Assembly (NCBI GenBank): GCA_964016885.1
Contig: OZ024766.1
Span: 10,788,001-10,852,000 of the forward strand
From: Eledone cirrhosa
Taxonomy: Eukaryota
Length of the DNA stretch: 64,000 nucleotides
Direction of reading: 5' to 3'
The translations under genes were made by a program, and so were the position numbers. Under the pieces are notes generated by a model. It saw nothing but the letters and a program-made list of their open reading frames with translations, made no database searches and was not told the origin of the DNA. This document shows positions 62,099 to 64,000 of this stretch, piece by piece (within the stretch, counting starts at the first letter, position 1; the number at the start of each line of letters is the position of its first letter).

Positions 62099-62099
<1 letters not shown>
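62028..62099. other. Isolated hairpin (22-bp stem) between (TA)n tracts
   Basis: GTCGTCAAGTATGAAATTTGTAG versus CTACAAATTTCATACTTGATGAT. Confidence 0.8.
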
Positions 62100-62169
<70 letters not shown>

Positions 62170-62224
62170 TCGTCGTGCGATGTGTCCCTACCATATGGTT
62201 TTTACACATCCTTTGACCTTGCAC

Positions 62225-62263
<39 letters not shown>

Positions 62264-62270
62264 ATACAAG

Positions 62271-62389
<119 letters not shown>

Positions 62390-62396
62390 ATACAAG

Positions 62397-62428
<32 letters not shown>

Positions 62429-62541
62429 TATACATGGTCATGTGCACTATATACATGTACACTAACAGAGAGGATGACAAATACAGCTGAAGCTGAGGTC
62501 ATCTTTTACATATGGCGTCATCTACATGGTGTATACATGTA

Positions 62542-62626
<85 letters not shown>

Positions 62627-62653
62627 ATTATATGCATATATATATATTCAATA

Positions 62654-62716
<63 letters not shown>

Positions 62717-62841
62717 ATATATGTATGTATATGTATATACATACAGTGTGTATATTTTATCTCGGCTGTTGTCCATCATTCTTTCCCCATTTTCTCTCAT
62801 TAAAGCTGTGTGACCAGCTACAGGGCGTGTATATATATCTA

Positions 62842-62915
<74 letters not shown>

Positions 62916-63167
62916 TGTATATATACATATATCTATATATACATATATCTATATATACATATATCTATATATACATATATATCTATCTATACATATATCT
63001 ATATATACATATATCTATATATACATATATATCTATCTATATATATCTATATATATATATATATATATATACATACATATATATATTTACATATATATAT
63101 ATATATACATATATCTATATATACATATATCTATATATACATATATCTATATATACACATATATATC

Positions 63168-63289
<122 letters not shown>

Positions 63290-63409
63290 GATAGATGTAT
63301 ATATATATATATATATATAGAGAGATTTATATATATTTATATATACACACATATATATATACACACACACATATATATATATATACACATATATATATAC
63401 ACACACATA

Positions 63410-63456
<47 letters not shown>

Positions 63457-64000
63457 GATAGTGTTCTTAAGCAAAGACATAGATGCACTCACACACACAC
63501 ACAGACACACACACACACAGACACACACACACACTAACACTCACACACACACACACACACACAACACCATATAATCTACATGACGAACGAAACTCCACAA
63601 AGCCGGGCTGTCCAACTTTAGACAATATTGTAAGCGACGCCCAATTATGGAAGATTGGCGGCCATTTTACTTTACATCATGGCGGACAGTGTCTGATTTG
63701 TGGCGCTTGCTATGTAATCACTTGGTTGTTGCTGTTGTTGTTGTTTGCGTCGTCGGTGGTGTCGGTGGAGGTTGTGTCCTTGCTGCTGTTGTTGTTGTTG
63801 TCGCCGGTGGTGTTGTTGGTTGTTGTTGGAGGTTGTGTTGTTGTTGTTGTGGTGGAGTCGGTGGTGGTTGTGTGATTGTTGGAGCTTGTGTTCTGGTTGT
63901 TGTTGTTGTTGTTGTTGTTGTGGTGTCGGTTGTGTGATTGTTGGAGGTTGTGTTCTGGTTGTTGTTGTTGTGGTTGTTGTCGGTGCAGGTGGTGTTGGTT

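Overview
Non-coding, microsatellite-saturated animal genomic DNA, most likely an octopus (coleoid cephalopod). This is inferred from the tRNA-derived Nin-domain SINEs and the extreme (TA)n/(CA)n/(TAA)n/(ACC)n load. No host gene exon can be supported, and almost every ORF in the track is a translated simple repeat. The only recognisable protein fragment is the restriction-like endonuclease C-terminus of an R4/Dong-clade LINE sitting in (TAA)n (48374-48883). The main hidden signal is in the short unique islands between (TA)n tracts. At least seven sequence-distinct families carry type I hammerhead ribozyme folds, read by eye and not computed. Many are built as foldbacks (inverted partial copy + sense copy), the architecture of truncated Penelope-like elements. 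Two families have a compensatory U3-A8 catalytic core, and four share a C-pyrimidine mismatch at the 4th pair of helix II. A second signal is a strong recurrence of YY1/PHO-type AANATGGC(G/C) motifs in the unique islands, plus a ~17-copy tandem array of that motif. Also present: tandem SINE arrays, a SINE-internal 84-bp satellite with higher-order structure, and a 3.9-kb phase-locked 10-bp satellite.
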